The notes under the pieces are model-generated. The model made no database searches. It was not told the origin of the DNA and was given only the letters and a program-made list of their open reading frames with translations. A stretch of 64,000 nt of DNA from Malacoraja senta. Its lineage: Eukaryota. The position numbers and the translations under genes were made by a program. Numbering within the stretch: position 1 is the stretch's first letter; each line of letters opens with the position of its first letter. This document shows positions 28,165-41,078 of this stretch, one piece after another. The stretch covers positions 6,140,001 through 6,204,000 of the forward strand of contig CM075997.1 in NCBI GenBank assembly GCA_038087875.1, in the 5' to 3' direction.

Positions 28165-28928
28165 TTAGTCACGTGTGTGACCAAATATATGAAAAAAAAT
28201 TGCAATACACTTCTAATTCTGAAAGCATTACAGGTATATTGTTGTGTTGTGTATATATTTCATATTTTTTCAAAGTTTATCAAGTGAAATATTTATGTTA
28301 TGCTGACAATGGTTGTTTAGGGTCAGAGGTCAAATATGACTGGTCACGTGTGTGTGACTTCACACGGAAGCATTTTTTCATAACTCAGTTTTATCTTACA
28401 AACTCTTCTGAATTTTAAAAAGCTAGAATGTTCATATTTTTAGCAGACATGCATTATCGTTCTGCAGGCAGGAAAATAGCAATGAGTAAGATTAATCTCT
28501 TACAATAATTTTTTAGTGTATTACTTTATGTGATGCCATTTGGTAACGTGTGTGACATTTTGGTTCACTATCCAAAGTATGGCCCAGGTATACATGAAAT
28601 TAGATAAAGTGGAAGCTCACGTTGTCATTAAAAATATATCCAATGCAACAAGTAGTTAATTGTAATTGTTTACAATGTAAACTCCTTTGTTTACATTTTA
28701 TTTTGCGCCTCTAACAAAATATGAGTAGTCAGGGGACTCGGGGACACTTCCGGTGTCCATTGCGACAGATACAGCTAGTGCCCAACTGCATATGCTTCCA
28801 ACTGCATTACATTTGTTTCCATCATGTACCGCCTTTTGTCCCTGGTTGATGATTTTGTTCCTGAATTTAAATCTGTAAAATTTAATAAAAGGTAAATTAT
28901 ATATTAAAAAGGGCCACAAATGCCACAT

Positions 28929-29195
28929 GAATAAGGGATAAGCCATTTAGAACGGAGATGAGGAAACTTTCACACAGAGAGTTGTGAATCTGTGGAATTC
29001 TCTGGCGGTGGAGGCCAGTTCTCTGGATTCTTTCAAGAGAGAGTTAGATAGGGCTCTTGAAGATAGCAGAGTCAGGGGATATGGGGAGAAGGCAGGAACG
29101 GGGTACTGATTGGGGATGATCAGCCATGATCACATTGAATGGTTTGAAGGGCCGAGTGGCCTACTCCTGCACCTATTGTCTATTGTCTATTGTCT
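28929..29195 (+). mobile_element. CR1 LINE 3'-end fragment
   Basis: Same 3' UTR and (ctattgt)3 tail as the other CR1 copies. Ends about 90 nt upstream of exon 67. Confidence 0.88.
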
Positions 29196-29286
29196 GTTGT
29201 ATATACCCAACAATCTGGAATTGTTGGTGCTTATGTTTCTTTTCAATCGAACTTAATTGTATCTAAAAAAACATTTCTCTATCCAG

Positions 29287-29527
29287 TGTTTGCACAACCA
29301 ATTATCAGCAAGGCCAAGCCTGAACTATTGAAATCCCATTTCATCCCTACCATGGAAAAGTTAAAGAAGAGATCAAAAAAAGTAGTGGCTGAGGAGGATC
29401 AATTGCGCATGGAGGGCAAGGGTGACGTCGTGGAGAGCGAATTACTAATTCGCGATGAATTTTCTGTTCTCTGTCGTGATTTGTATGCTTTGTATCCACT
29501 GCTGATTCGTTACGTAGACAATAACAG
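29287..29527 (+). CDS. RYR1: RyR exon (exon 67 equivalent), 241 nt
   Basis: ccAG acceptor and GTaaat donor. Encodes [29 protein letters not shown]...[24 protein letters not shown], in frame with the previous exon. Confidence 0.96.
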
Positions 29528-29632
29528 GTAAATGTACCATGTTTTAGAACATTTTAATCTCTTGGGCTGGGAGTGATTTAAAAAAAAAGTTATAAAAATC
29601 AAAAATATCACCCAAGTCACACATTGACATGA

Positions 29633-29932
29633 TTTAGAGATACAGCGCGGAAACAGGCCCTTCGGCCCGCCGTGTCCACGCCGACGAGCGATCCCCACAC
29701 ATTAACACCATCCCACACCCACTAGGGACAATTTTTACATTTTCCAAGCCAATTAACCTACAAACCTGTACGTCTTTGAAGAGTGGGAGCAAACCGAAGA
29801 TCTCGGAGAAAACCCACGCAGGTCACGGGGAGAACGTACAAACTCCGTACAGACAGCACCCGTAGTCGGGATCGAACCCGGGTCTCTGGCGCTGCATTCG
29901 CTGTAAGGCAGCAACTCTACCGCTGCGCCACC
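29633..29932 (-). mobile_element. Young full-length tRNA-derived SINE
   Basis: The minus strand reads ggtggcgcagcggtagag...ggttcgatccc...gggccgaagggcctgtttcc (CR1-like tail). CpGs are retained. Confidence 0.9.
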
Positions 29933-30828
29933 ATGGGATATAAGAACGCTATGAAGAGGCAAATTGTGATTTAAATATTTAATTAGATTTCAAGCTTTGC
30001 AGTGCGTTTGATATGAAATAGTTGTGGGCCAAGATTTTTCAGGCTTGAGAAATCCAGTGGCAGAACGGTTGGATTCCAGTTAATGCCTTGAGAACTTGAC
30101 TGAAGGGCAGCGGTAATTCATTGGCAGGACGACTCAAAACGTAGAATGCGTCAAGGACACTTCCGGTGCAGGAAATGTATCCATATACAGCTACAGTCCA
30201 ACTGCATTAGATTCATGGAATCATACATCATGGAATCTGGCCACGTTGCCTCAACCACTCCATGCTGACTAGGATTTATAACTGAGTTAGCACATTTGCC
30301 AGTGTTAGGTCCATAGACCTCTACACCTTTCCTGTTTATGTACCTGTCTAAATAACTTTTAAATGTCTACATTGTACCCACCTCCACAGCTTCCTCTGAT
30401 AGCTCGTTCTATATATGCATCAGCCTCTGAAGAAATTACACCTCGGGTCTCTTTTAAATCTTTCTCCTCTCACCTTAAAACTATGCCCTCCAGTTCTGGA
30501 CTTCTGTACCATAGGAAAAGGAATGTTACCATTCATGTTATCTATTCACCACTCAGCTTACTATGCTCAAAAGGTAAAACGTCCTAACCTATCCACTCAC
30601 CTTTTAGCTCAAACCCTTGAGTTCTTATAACCTACTAATGAATCTTTTCTGGACCCTGTCCAACTCAATAAGATCCTTTATATAGCAAGCTGTCTTCTAC
30701 AGCTGTAACAGGATTTACCAGCTCCTGTGCTCAATGCCTTAACAGTGAAGGCAAGGATACTAAAAGCCTCCTTTACTTTTCTGTCTACTTGTGTTGCCAC
30801 TTTCAGGGATTGTGCTCCTGTACCCTAA

Positions 30829-31580
30829 AGGGCCTGTCCCACTTAGGCGACTTTTTAGGCGAGTGTAGGAGACTCTGCGCTCGCCACATGGTCGCCACAT
30901 TTTCGCTGGTATTCTCTGGTGAGTCTCCTTCATGGTCGCAAGGAGTTCCCGCATTCTGGGAACTAGTCGTGGCCTCAGTATGGTCGCCACAACATGTTGA
31001 AAAATTTTCTGCGACCAAAAATTGGGCGCCATGGAGAAAATCGATACTTTTGTAGTCGTAGGTGCAGTTGTAGTGGGGTTGCCATGTAGTTATAGGTGGT
31101 CGAGCTAGTCGTAGGTAGTTTTAGTTAATCGCCTTTGCTGACCAGGCATTTTCATTGGCTCATTGGGAGAAATAAAACATAAGAACGAGTTTTCAGAACC
31201 AAGGAGAACCGACCGGTAATGTTAAATGCCCGCCGAACTTCACAGCTGTGTATCTCCGGCTTATTAAAAGTTGTCTGGCTTCTTAAAAGTGTCTCCACTC
31301 CTTCTGCCCCCCCTTCTCCCCTCCCCCTCCCCCTCTTTTAAAGGACTTACCATACTGCCATCTTAACCTTCCTGTTCATCGCGGTGTGTGTCTGTATTAT
31401 CTTGGCTTTGCACCGTGTGAATTTCAGACAGTGTTCACCCCGCTTTCCCTGGCCCCCGCCTTTGCTGTGTGTGTGCTCCACTCTGACAGTCGTTTTAAGT
31501 TCCCGTTTTTTCAGGCGAGTGCTGCGAATTTGACAGTCGCTGGCAGTCTGCTGAAAAATCGCCTAAGTGGGACAGGCCCT
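30829..31580. mobile_element. PIF/Harbinger-type non-autonomous element (752 bp) inside an old LINE fragment
   Basis: TIRs agggcctgtcccacttaggcga / tcgcctaagtgggacaggccct, with a perfect TAA TSD at 30826-30828 and 31581-31583. Confidence 0.88.
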
Positions 31581-32480
31581 TAAGGCGTCTGTTTTTCAAT
31601 GTTGACATCTACCATGTAATTCTAGCCTGGTTTGACTTACAAAACTCCTTCACCTGACTATGGGTGCTGTCTGTGTGAAATTTGTACATTCTTCCAGTGA
31701 CAGTGTGGGTTTACTCTGGGTGCGCCGGTTTCCTTCTACATTCCAAAGACGTGCGGGTTTGTAGGTTAATTGGCTTTTGTAAATTGTCCCTAGTATGTAG
31801 GATAGAATTAGTGCATGGGTGATCGCTGGTCTGCGCTGATCCGGTAAGCCGAAGCACCTGGTTCCATGCTATATTTCTATACTAAACTAAACCTCACATT
31901 TGTCCGATTTAACTTCCATGGTTGAGCCAGATCCTTTTGTAAATTTAAATGGCTGTCCTCACTGTCTGATTTTAGTATCATCCACAATTTACGAATCACA
32001 TTAACTGCATTGTCATTAATACAGATGACAAACAATAAGGTGACACTCTCAGACCCCTGCGGTATACTACTACTACACTGTACACAGGTCTCCAATCAGA
32101 AAAACAACCACTGACCCTCTAATCTCTTGCACTAAGCCTGTTTTGAATGCTGATCCCATGTGATCTAACCTCCTGGACACCCCTTCTATTCCTTGTCAAA
32201 GGCCTTGATAAAGTCCCTGTAGACACCGTCCTCTGCTCCACCCGTGTCAATCCTCTTAGTGACCTCTTCAAAAATTCTGTCAAGTCTGTGAGATGTGATT
32301 CCCCATGCACAAAACTACGCTGACTCTCCCTAACCAGAGCCAGCCTATCCAAATAGTGGTTGATCCAATCCCTCTGAATCTCCTGTAAGTTACCTACCAC
32401 TGATGTCAGACTCACCGGCCTGTAGTTCCCTATATGTCAATTTATTCACTATGTTTTTGTGTATTTCCTTATTTTCACAG

Positions 32481-32568
32481 AGCCATGTGGTTAACAGAAC
32501 CAAACCCCGATGCTGAAGAGCTCTTCAGAATGGTTGGAGACATCTTCATCCTGTGGTCAAAGTCACAT
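32481..32568 (+). CDS. RYR1: RyR exon (exon 68 equivalent), 88 nt
   Basis: ttttcacAG acceptor and GTatgt donor. Encodes (R)[29 protein letters not shown]. Confidence 0.95.
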
Positions 32569-33492
32569 GTATGTTCCTCATTTATCAACAAATGGTATAA
32601 AAAAAAAACAAGGCTCCAGGTTTTCATAGTTTCTTCATTGCTTTTGTTTTACCTTTTTATCTCCGTCCATGTAACTTAATTCTGGCATAAAAATCACAAA
32701 CAAGTACTCTACCCTGTGACTCAAATCCTTGTTAATATTCTTGAGTCACTTTCAGCATCTGGCATTTCACATATTTATGGAAAATTAATTGTGATTTATC
32801 TGTGGCTACCTTTTGGCAATTTGGCAAAATTGGCTTGTCAGCAGGAAAAAGCACGTTAATACAGGATTGCTTTTGCGATTGGCTGTCTGTGACTAGTGGC
32901 GTTTCACAATGATCGGTGCTATACAACATAATTATATATCTTTATGTTTAATTATAATATCTGCTGTTTGTAATCTATAACATTTGTACACTGCAGGCCA
33001 GGTTTGGTCTGTTTCTGCAGTCCACAGAACAGTGCCCCAGGTGACACATTTTTGTAGAGTGCAGTCTGAAGAAGGGTCTCGACCCGAAACATTACCTATT
33101 CCTTTTCTCCAGAGATGCTGCCTGTCCTGCTGAGTTCCTCCAGATTTTTGTGTCTATCTTCGGTTTAAACCAGCACCTGCAGTTCTTTCCTACACACTCT
33201 GACAGAACTGAAGTGCAATGATTGAATCACTAACTAGCACTCCTTTCAGACATTTGGCCTGACTCTGTGTTATCTCCCTATGACTAACAGTAGAAAGAGA
33301 GGTCCAATATGATCTAATGGTGATAGGGAGAGAGGTGGTCTAATGGTGGTAGGGAGAGTTCATTTTTCTGATGTTGAATCCATTCATGAGTACTGTGCTT
33401 CTTAAACTCTTGTAAATTGCTGCAATAAACGGGGTAGACACCTGTGAGTATATGCTGAGAATCCTCTGAATATTTCACTTTTTTACACTCAG

Positions 33493-33585
33493 AATTTCAA
33501 ACGTGAGGAGCAGAACTTTGTGGTGCAAAATGAAATCAACAATATGTCATTTCTGACTGCAGACAGCAAAAGCAAGATGTCCAAG
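33493..33585 (+). CDS. RYR1: RyR exon (exon 69 equivalent), 93 nt
   Basis: ctcAG acceptor and GTaagt donor. Encodes [31 protein letters not shown]. Not in the ORF track; read manually. Confidence 0.96.
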
Positions 33586-34975
33586 GTAAGTTGACAAATT
33601 TAATCTGTGAGATTCTTATAACCAAAGTAGGACCGCATTTAAAGAGGATCCTTAAAATTGTCATTTATTATCATAGATTCAGAATTGAGCTCAATAACGC
33701 CCATCGTTTGAGCTTTGAGAGGTTTAAGAAATGCATGGTTATAGGGAACTGAGGGGTAACTTTTCTACACAGTGGTTGGTTGGGTATATGGCTCAGGCTA
33801 CAGAGGAAGTAATTGAGGTTGATACAATGAAACATTTAAAAGAGATTTGGAAGGTACATAGATAGGAAAGATTTAGAGAGATACAGCCCAAACATTGGGC
33901 AAATGTGACTTGCTTGAATGCGGCATCTGGGTCGGCATTACCGAGTTGGGCCAAAGGGCCTGTTTCTGTGCCATGTGACTCTGATTCTAAATCCAAAAAG
34001 ATTCCAGTGGCTTTGTGGTGTAATACTGCAAGCACTGTTCTGTATGGATGAAAGTTAATACTGGCAAGTCCAGGGACTCCTGGATGTTAAGGGACATAGA
34101 GCATTTGATTAATACAATAAAGGTATGGCAGGTAAAGAATACTAAAAACAGAGAGGCTCTTTCAGTATAAAGAGTGTAGTTATTTAAGAAATTAGGATGC
34201 AAAGAGGGGTTCTGAAATATCACAGACAGATCAGATAAAAAATCCCAAGACATTATCGAGGTTCTGGTTGGGCTAAAAAAGGAGGCATATGTTAGGTAGT
34301 GGCAGCTACCTAATCAAGCAAATGGTTTGAATATAAGGGACGAAGAAGTACACTTAAGAAGGAAATCAAGAAACAAAAGGGGGACATGCGATATGCTTGG
34401 AGATTAAAGGTAATGGGGAATCTGAAGATTCTCTAAGTATATTAAGAACAAAAAGGTAATTGGGAGAGAGAATAAGTCCCTTTAAGGGTCAGTGTGGTCA
34501 TTTATGTGTGGAGGGCAAGGTCTTAAATAAATACTACTTCTTTGTATTTACTGTGGAGAAGGTGATGGCAGCAAGTTAGTTCAGGAAGGAAAGCACTGAT
34601 GTCCTGAAACATCAATATTATGAAAGAGGAGGTCCTATGAGGTTGTAGGAAGTGAGGAAAGAAATCAGTGGGGCCCTTGCAGAGATTCTTGTAGGTTCAT
34701 TAGCCACAGGCGAAATAGCCGAAGACTGGAGGATAGATACGGTTGTTTTTTATGTAAGAATGTTCTTTTAGAGGATGGTGAAGAAGGTTGTCTAAGGTTA
34801 CAAGAAGATTTAGATCTAGCGCGAAAGTGGATAAAGAAATAGTGTATGAAAGGGCCATGGCAGTATTGTAGAACAGAGAAGCTAAGGGTATAAGTACAGA
34901 GTTCCCGGAATGTGGTAACAGAAAGACAGCATGTAGACCAAAGTGTATTCATCTTCAACATAGACCTTCATAATC

Positions 34976-36842
34976 TTGATATGCAAAAGTTTTTATAGAT
35001 ATGTGAAGAGAAAGAGATTAGTTAAAGAGAAGAGAAAGAGATTAGTTAAAACAAATGTAGGTCCCTTGCAGTCAGAAACAGGTGAATTGATCATGGGGAA
35101 CAAGGACATGGCAGACCAATTGAATAACTACTTTGGTTCTGTCTTCATTATTGGAAGACATAAATAATCTGCCGGAACCGCGGGTCAAATGAGATGGAAG
35201 AACTGAGTGAAATCCAGGTTAGCCGGGAAGTGGTGTTAGGTAAATTGAATGGATTAAAGGCCGATAAATCCCCAGGGCCAGATAGGCTGCATCCCAGAGT
35301 ACTTAAGGAAGTAGCCCCAGAAATAGTGGATGCATTAGTGATAATTTTTCAAAACTCCTTAGATTCTGGAGTAGTTCCTGAGGATTGGAGGGTAGCTAAT
35401 GTAACCCCACTTTTTAAAAAGGGAGGGAGAGAGAAAATGGGGAATTACAGACCAGTTAGTCTAACATCGGTATTGGGGAAACTGCTAGAGTCAGTTATTA
35501 AAGATGGGATAGCAGCACATTTGGAAAGTGGTGAAATCATTGGACAAAGTCAGCATGGATTTACGAAAGGTAAACCATGTCTGACGAATCTTATAGAATT
35601 TTTCGAGGATGTAACTAGTAGAGTGGATAAGGGAGAACCAGTGGATGTGTTATATCTGGACTTTCAGAAGGCTTCCAACAAGGTCCCACATGAGAGATTA
35701 GGATACAAACTTAAAGCACATGGTATTGGGGGTTCAGTATTGATGTGGATAGATAACTGGCTGGCAAACAGGAAGCAAAGAGTAGGAGTAAACGGGTCCT
35801 TTTCAGAATGGCAGGCAGTGACTAGTGGGGTACCGCAAGGCGCAGTGCTGGGACCCCAGCTATTTACAATATATATTAATGATTTGGACGAGGGAATTGA
35901 ATGCAACATCTCCAAGTTTGCGGATGACACGAAGCTGGGGGGCAGTGTTAGCTGTGAGGAGGATGCTAGGAGGCTGCAAGGTGACTTGGATAGGCTGGGT
36001 GAGTGGGCAAATGCATGGCAGATGCAGTATAATGTGCATAAATGTGAGGTTATCCACTTTGGTGGCAAAAACAGGAAAGTAGACTATTTTCTAAATGGTG
36101 GCCGATTAGGAAAAGGGGAGATGCAACGAGACCTGGGTGTCATGGTACACCAGTCATTGAAAGTAGGCATGCAGGTGCAGCAGGCAGTCAAGAAAGCGAA
36201 TGGTATGTTAGCATTCATAGGAAATGGATTTGAGTATAGGATCAGGGAGGTTCTACAGCAGTTGTACAGGGTCTTGGTGAGACCACACCTGGAGTATTGC
36301 GTACAGTTTTGGTCTCCAAATCTGAGGAAAGACATTCTTGCCATAGAGGGAGTACAGAGAAGGTTCACCAGACTGATTCCTGGGATGTCAGGACTTTCAT
36401 ATGAAGAAAGACTGGATAGACTCGGCTTGTACTCGCTAGAATTTATAAGATTGAGGAGGGATCTTATAGAAACTTACTAAATTCTTAAGGGGTTGGGCAG
36501 GCTAGATGCAGGAAGATTGTTCCCGATGTTGGGGAAGTCCAGGACAAGGGGTCACAGTTTAAGGATAAAGGGGAAATCCTTTAGGACCGAGATGAGAAAA
36601 ACATTTTTCACAGAGAGTGGTGAATCTCTGGAACTCTCTGCCACAGAAGGTAGTTGAGGCCAGTTCATTGCCTATATTTAAGAGGGAGTTAGATGTGGTC
36701 CTTGTGGCTAAAGGGATCAGGGGGTAAGGAGAGAAGGCAGGTACAGGATACTGAGTTGAATGATCAGCCATGATCATATTGAATGGCGGTGCAGGCTCGA
36801 AGGGCCGAATGGCCTACTCCTGCACCTATTTTCTATGTTTCT
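34976..36842 (+). mobile_element. 5'-truncated young CR1-clade LINE (RT domain and 3' UTR); its 3' part is repeated at 1-761
   Basis: 428-aa ORF 35194-36480 with [18 protein letters not shown] and FADD motifs. Premature TAA at 36478. 3' end gggccgaatggcctactcctgcacct followed by a ctat-type tail. Confidence 0.93.
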
Positions 36843-36850
36843 CTATCCCT

Positions 36851-38000
36851 ACAATGGAAAGACGATTCTAACTAGCTACCCTATTTAGGTCTCTCATATT
36901 CTTACATGCTTCTATCAAGTATGTTTGGCCTTCTTTGCTCCAGGGAAAGCATGCCCAGCCTATTAGGTCTCTCTGTCTCTATAAACAGAGACAGAAGTCC
37001 CCCAATTCAGGCAACATCCTGATGAATCTCTTCTGCACGCTCTCCAGTGAAATTATTATCCTTCCTACAGTGTGGTGACCAGACTGTAATCTCTACCCGA
37101 ACGAATAAAGACAAGCATGCTGTATGCCTTTTTCACTACCCTATCAACCTGTGACTTTGGGGAATTATAGACTTAGACCCATAGATCTTCCCGTTTATCA
37201 TTGTGTCCAACCACTTACAGTGTATGTCCTTCCTTCCCCTATCTGACTTTCCAGAATGCATCTCCTCCCAACTTTTCATGTGATCTATATCCTGCTGTAG
37301 CCTTATACAATCTTCATTACTATCCACAACACTGCCATCCCCAAACATGCTGATCCAACATTTCACATCCAATTTGTTTATATATCACAAACAGCAACAA
37401 TCTCCGCACTAATCCTTATGATACACTGTATGTCACAAATCTCTAATCTGAAAATCATCCTTCCACCACTCTCATCTACCTCCTGTAACCAAGGCAAATT
37501 TAGATCCAGATAGCCATCTCAACTTTGGTCCATATGTGCCTTATCTTCTGGGCCAGCTTACCAATTGTGACCTTGTCAAATGCCTTACTAAAATCGTTAT
37601 AGACAACATCTGCCAACCTGACTTCAGTCTCCTTTGAGACAGGATTTCCTCCTCACAAAGCCATACTTCCTGCCCCTCATCACCCCCTCCATTTCAAATG
37701 TAAATCAATATGTCCCTTAGACCATTCTACAATAATGTTCCTATCACTGTAGTAAGGTTCACCAGCCTGTATTATCTGACTTATCCATGCTGTCCTCCTT
37801 AAATAAAGGAATAATATTAGTGATCCTCCAGTCTTCAGGTACATCATACAATATGTGACTAGTGAAGAAAAAAAGCAAACATCTCCTATGTTTCCAATTG
37901 TGTCTGGGATAGATCACATCTCACCCTGGAAATGTATTTACTCTATGGTTTCCAAGGCATCTGAAATCTCCACCTTCCTAATACTGACATGCTCTAGACA
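36851..38000 (-). mobile_element. Old degraded CR1-like LINE (also at about 770-1920)
   Basis: Decayed RT-like peptide (VDSNEDCIRLQQDID) on the minus strand. Boundaries are approximate. Confidence 0.65.
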
Positions 38001-40147
38001 CAACCTGTGGCACCCATACTATTCCTCACTAATTTTCCAGAATGAAGGAGGTGAAAGTCATTGAATAAGCTTTTGATTAGTCTGCTTGACCACTGTGCGC
38101 AAGATTAATGGGAGAGAAGTATAATGATGCAGTGGGGTGTACTGTGGTAGAATTTGAGTTGTATGGATACATCATATAACCCGCTTTCAGTTTGTCTGAG
38201 TATCTGGATAAGCATGATAATGGCAGAGCAGTATTTCTAGTAGAGAGCAGCCAACCATGATATATCTTCTAACATTAGTCCATTCTGTGAAGATTCTTAT
38301 TCCTGGAAGAAACCACCAAAGCACCTCCTTCCTGAATGTTCTAATTTCATGCCTCGCTCACTTCAGGCACACGACATCTCTCCCAACACAAGACATCTTT
38401 CCCAACATCTGAAGAAGTGTCTAGACCCGAAACGTTGCCTAATTCCTTCGCTCCATAGATGCTGCTTCACCCACTGAGTTTCTGCAGCATTTTTGTGTAT
38501 CTCCTAACACTTACCTCACTTATAAGGACTTAAATGCCAGCTTTATCATATACCTGGGCACTAATTGTCTCTGTTTACCCAGGTGCCTCCATCTACTCCC
38601 TGGTTGCCATACTATGTGTTACTTATTGATAGTTGCCATGGGGTGAACAACTTCAACTTTTCTGTGATTACTACATCGCAAATTTTTGGCACCTTCATTC
38701 TATTGAGCCATTGGTTCCATCAAGATTGCTAAAGGTCCCATATTAGCACACATTTTGGGATGTAAGCAACTTCAATCTGAATTGTGGCCCATTTGCTTTT
38801 TTTTCTCTGTGGGGCACCTGTTTGTCACTGCTGCATCCTGCCATACTGTAGCACATCAACATTTGGTTCAGTACAATTTCCAGTCATTTGTCATCTCCCT
38901 AAAGAGTGGCTAGTCTAAATATCTATTGTAAACTAAAATAAAAACTACAATATATTTACAATTGAATGTTTTAATATAGGTTCAATTTTGGTGCGGATTG
39001 ATTGACATCAATAATACTCATAAATGCAATTTGCCTTTCTGTAAAAGTGCTGTGACTGTAAAACTCACAGGATTAGCCGTCAGTATCAAGATTAGCATCA
39101 AGAATAGAATTACCAATCTAAAACAATCGGGGTATCAATTAGAGATATTAGCAGAAGTGTTTGAGTTATTTATATTTTTGCAGTCAGAGGTTGAAACGTT
39201 TAATGAGTAAACCTCCAGCCTTGTGAAATGGACTCTATTAGACTTGGTTTAGTAAGTTTCACGTTTTCAACTGTTTCTAGCTATGATAATTTAACAAAAC
39301 TGGCAATCAAATATATTCACTTTGTTGACTACTAAATTGACTGAAAACAGTTCTATAAAAATTATATATTTATTCAATGCAACATGTTAAATATGACAAT
39401 GACTTTAGCAACAGGTTGCCTGCTGCTTTTGTTAAGTATTTTGTATTATGCTTGCCATTTGGTGGTGTGTACAATGTTTTACACACTTCACATGTGCTTA
39501 AAGATCAGTAAGCAGATTTTCTTCCAGTCTGAGTTCTAAAATCTATCTACGGAGATCACAATATAATATTACACTGTGCTAATATGGTTCAAAAATCAGT
39601 TGTTCAACTTTTACTGAACTGTTGGTTATGCAATAATTTCTCATGGGAGAAATCAACTGTGTGGCAATTTTCCAACAACTTAATTATAAGATGAAGTTGG
39701 ATCTGAAGAAGGGTCTCGACCTGAAATGTCACCCATTCCTTCTCTCCAGAGATGCTGCCTGTCCCGCTGAGTTACTACAGCTTTTTGTGTCTATCTTAAT
39801 TATAAGATTATTATAAAATTATTACCAGTATGTTGAATTTGAAACCTTGATTTTATTTGAGTTTATCCATGGGATTATGTAATCTATAGAATTTACAAAT
39901 CTAGACAGCCATTCTGCCATGTTATAAAAGCTTTTTAAGGCAAAATAAAATGTATTCCTATTTTTTCAAATTGTTATTAATCAGATTCATTTTGTGCATC
40001 TCTGTGCCTTGTTTAGGTTTGATAGATTGCCACATTTAACATCTCCTTTGCCGAAGTTTTGTATTAAAATTGAAATCTCTAATAATTTCCTAATTCCTTA
40101 TCTTTTCTATGGCATATTGATATCTGCGGTCGTGTCTGCCTGAATAG

Positions 40148-40165
40148 GCTGGAGAGGATGGACAG
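40148..40165 (+). CDS. RYR1: Candidate ASI microexon (exon 70 equivalent), 18 nt, AGEDGQ
   Basis: gaatAG|GCTGGAGAGGATGGACAG|GTcaga. Phase 0/0, lying between the ...SKMSK and SGGSDQ... exons where mammalian RYR1 has AGDIQ/AGDAQ. Confidence 0.78.
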
Positions 40166-40952
40166 GTCAGAGGGCATGATGATATGAATATGCATCCGCT
40201 GTGCAGCTAGCTTCGCACTGCCGATGGCATTTTCCCAGATTCTCTTGCTAAGGCCCTCTGATTACCATGCCGTTTTAGTTTCTATCACCAGGCTCATGGA
40301 ATCAGGCACAATGTTTTATTTAATAATAAGATATATCACTAAGTTTCTAACATGCAAAACAAATTAAAAAACGTTACCTGGTAAAATTTACTAAAGGAAA
40401 TTATATGTTTTTATATGAACCACGATCTAATTTAAGTAAAATTCAGACTGGTGACAGAATAGACGGTGTGTCTTGGCTATACTATGTTAGGCTTAGCTGT
40501 TAAATTCAGGGAGGCATCAGCCACTGGCAAGCAAGTAAAGAAGAGCACTACGATGTCTTGAGCATTCTTCAGTGTTGTTTTGTATTTTGAATGGTTTGAG
40601 GGGAAAACAAATCCAATAATGATATACTTACAGATGTTGATTATTGCCTTAATTGTCAATGCTAGCATGTTGCTTTCATGTGCTAGCAAAATCACAGCAA
40701 CTTTCTTGTCAGTTTTTATTTCTTAATGTTTTCCTGCCACACATTTATAATGTTAAATTACTATCAGTAACAAAAAAACAACAACATTAACAAAATACAA
40801 AAATATCTTAAACAGCAATTATAGATTGATATAAAGATAATTAATGTTTTGATTAATATATTTGCCACTAGAATTTAAAATTTAATGTGAACAAAACAAG
40901 AGAATGATTGAATTGCTAAAATGGCTGAGAACCTATTTCAAGTATATAAAGT

Positions 40953-41078
40953 CTGAAGAAGGGTTTCGGCCCGAAATGTTGCCTGTTTCCTTCGCTCCAT
41001 AGATGCTGCTGCACCCGCTGAGTTTCTCCAGCATTTTTGTGTACCTTTGATTTTCCAGCATCTGCAGTTCCTTCTTTA
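40953..41078 (+). mobile_element. Short Penelope-derived repeat flanked by a 12-bp direct repeat (also at 4872-4997)
   Basis: ctgaagaagggtttcggcccgaaa head, with ctatttcaagta on both sides. Other copies are at about 38409, 39703, 41497, 49914, 24883 and 33066 (+), 61955 (-), and 24076 and 57604 (inverted arrangement). Confidence 0.7.
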
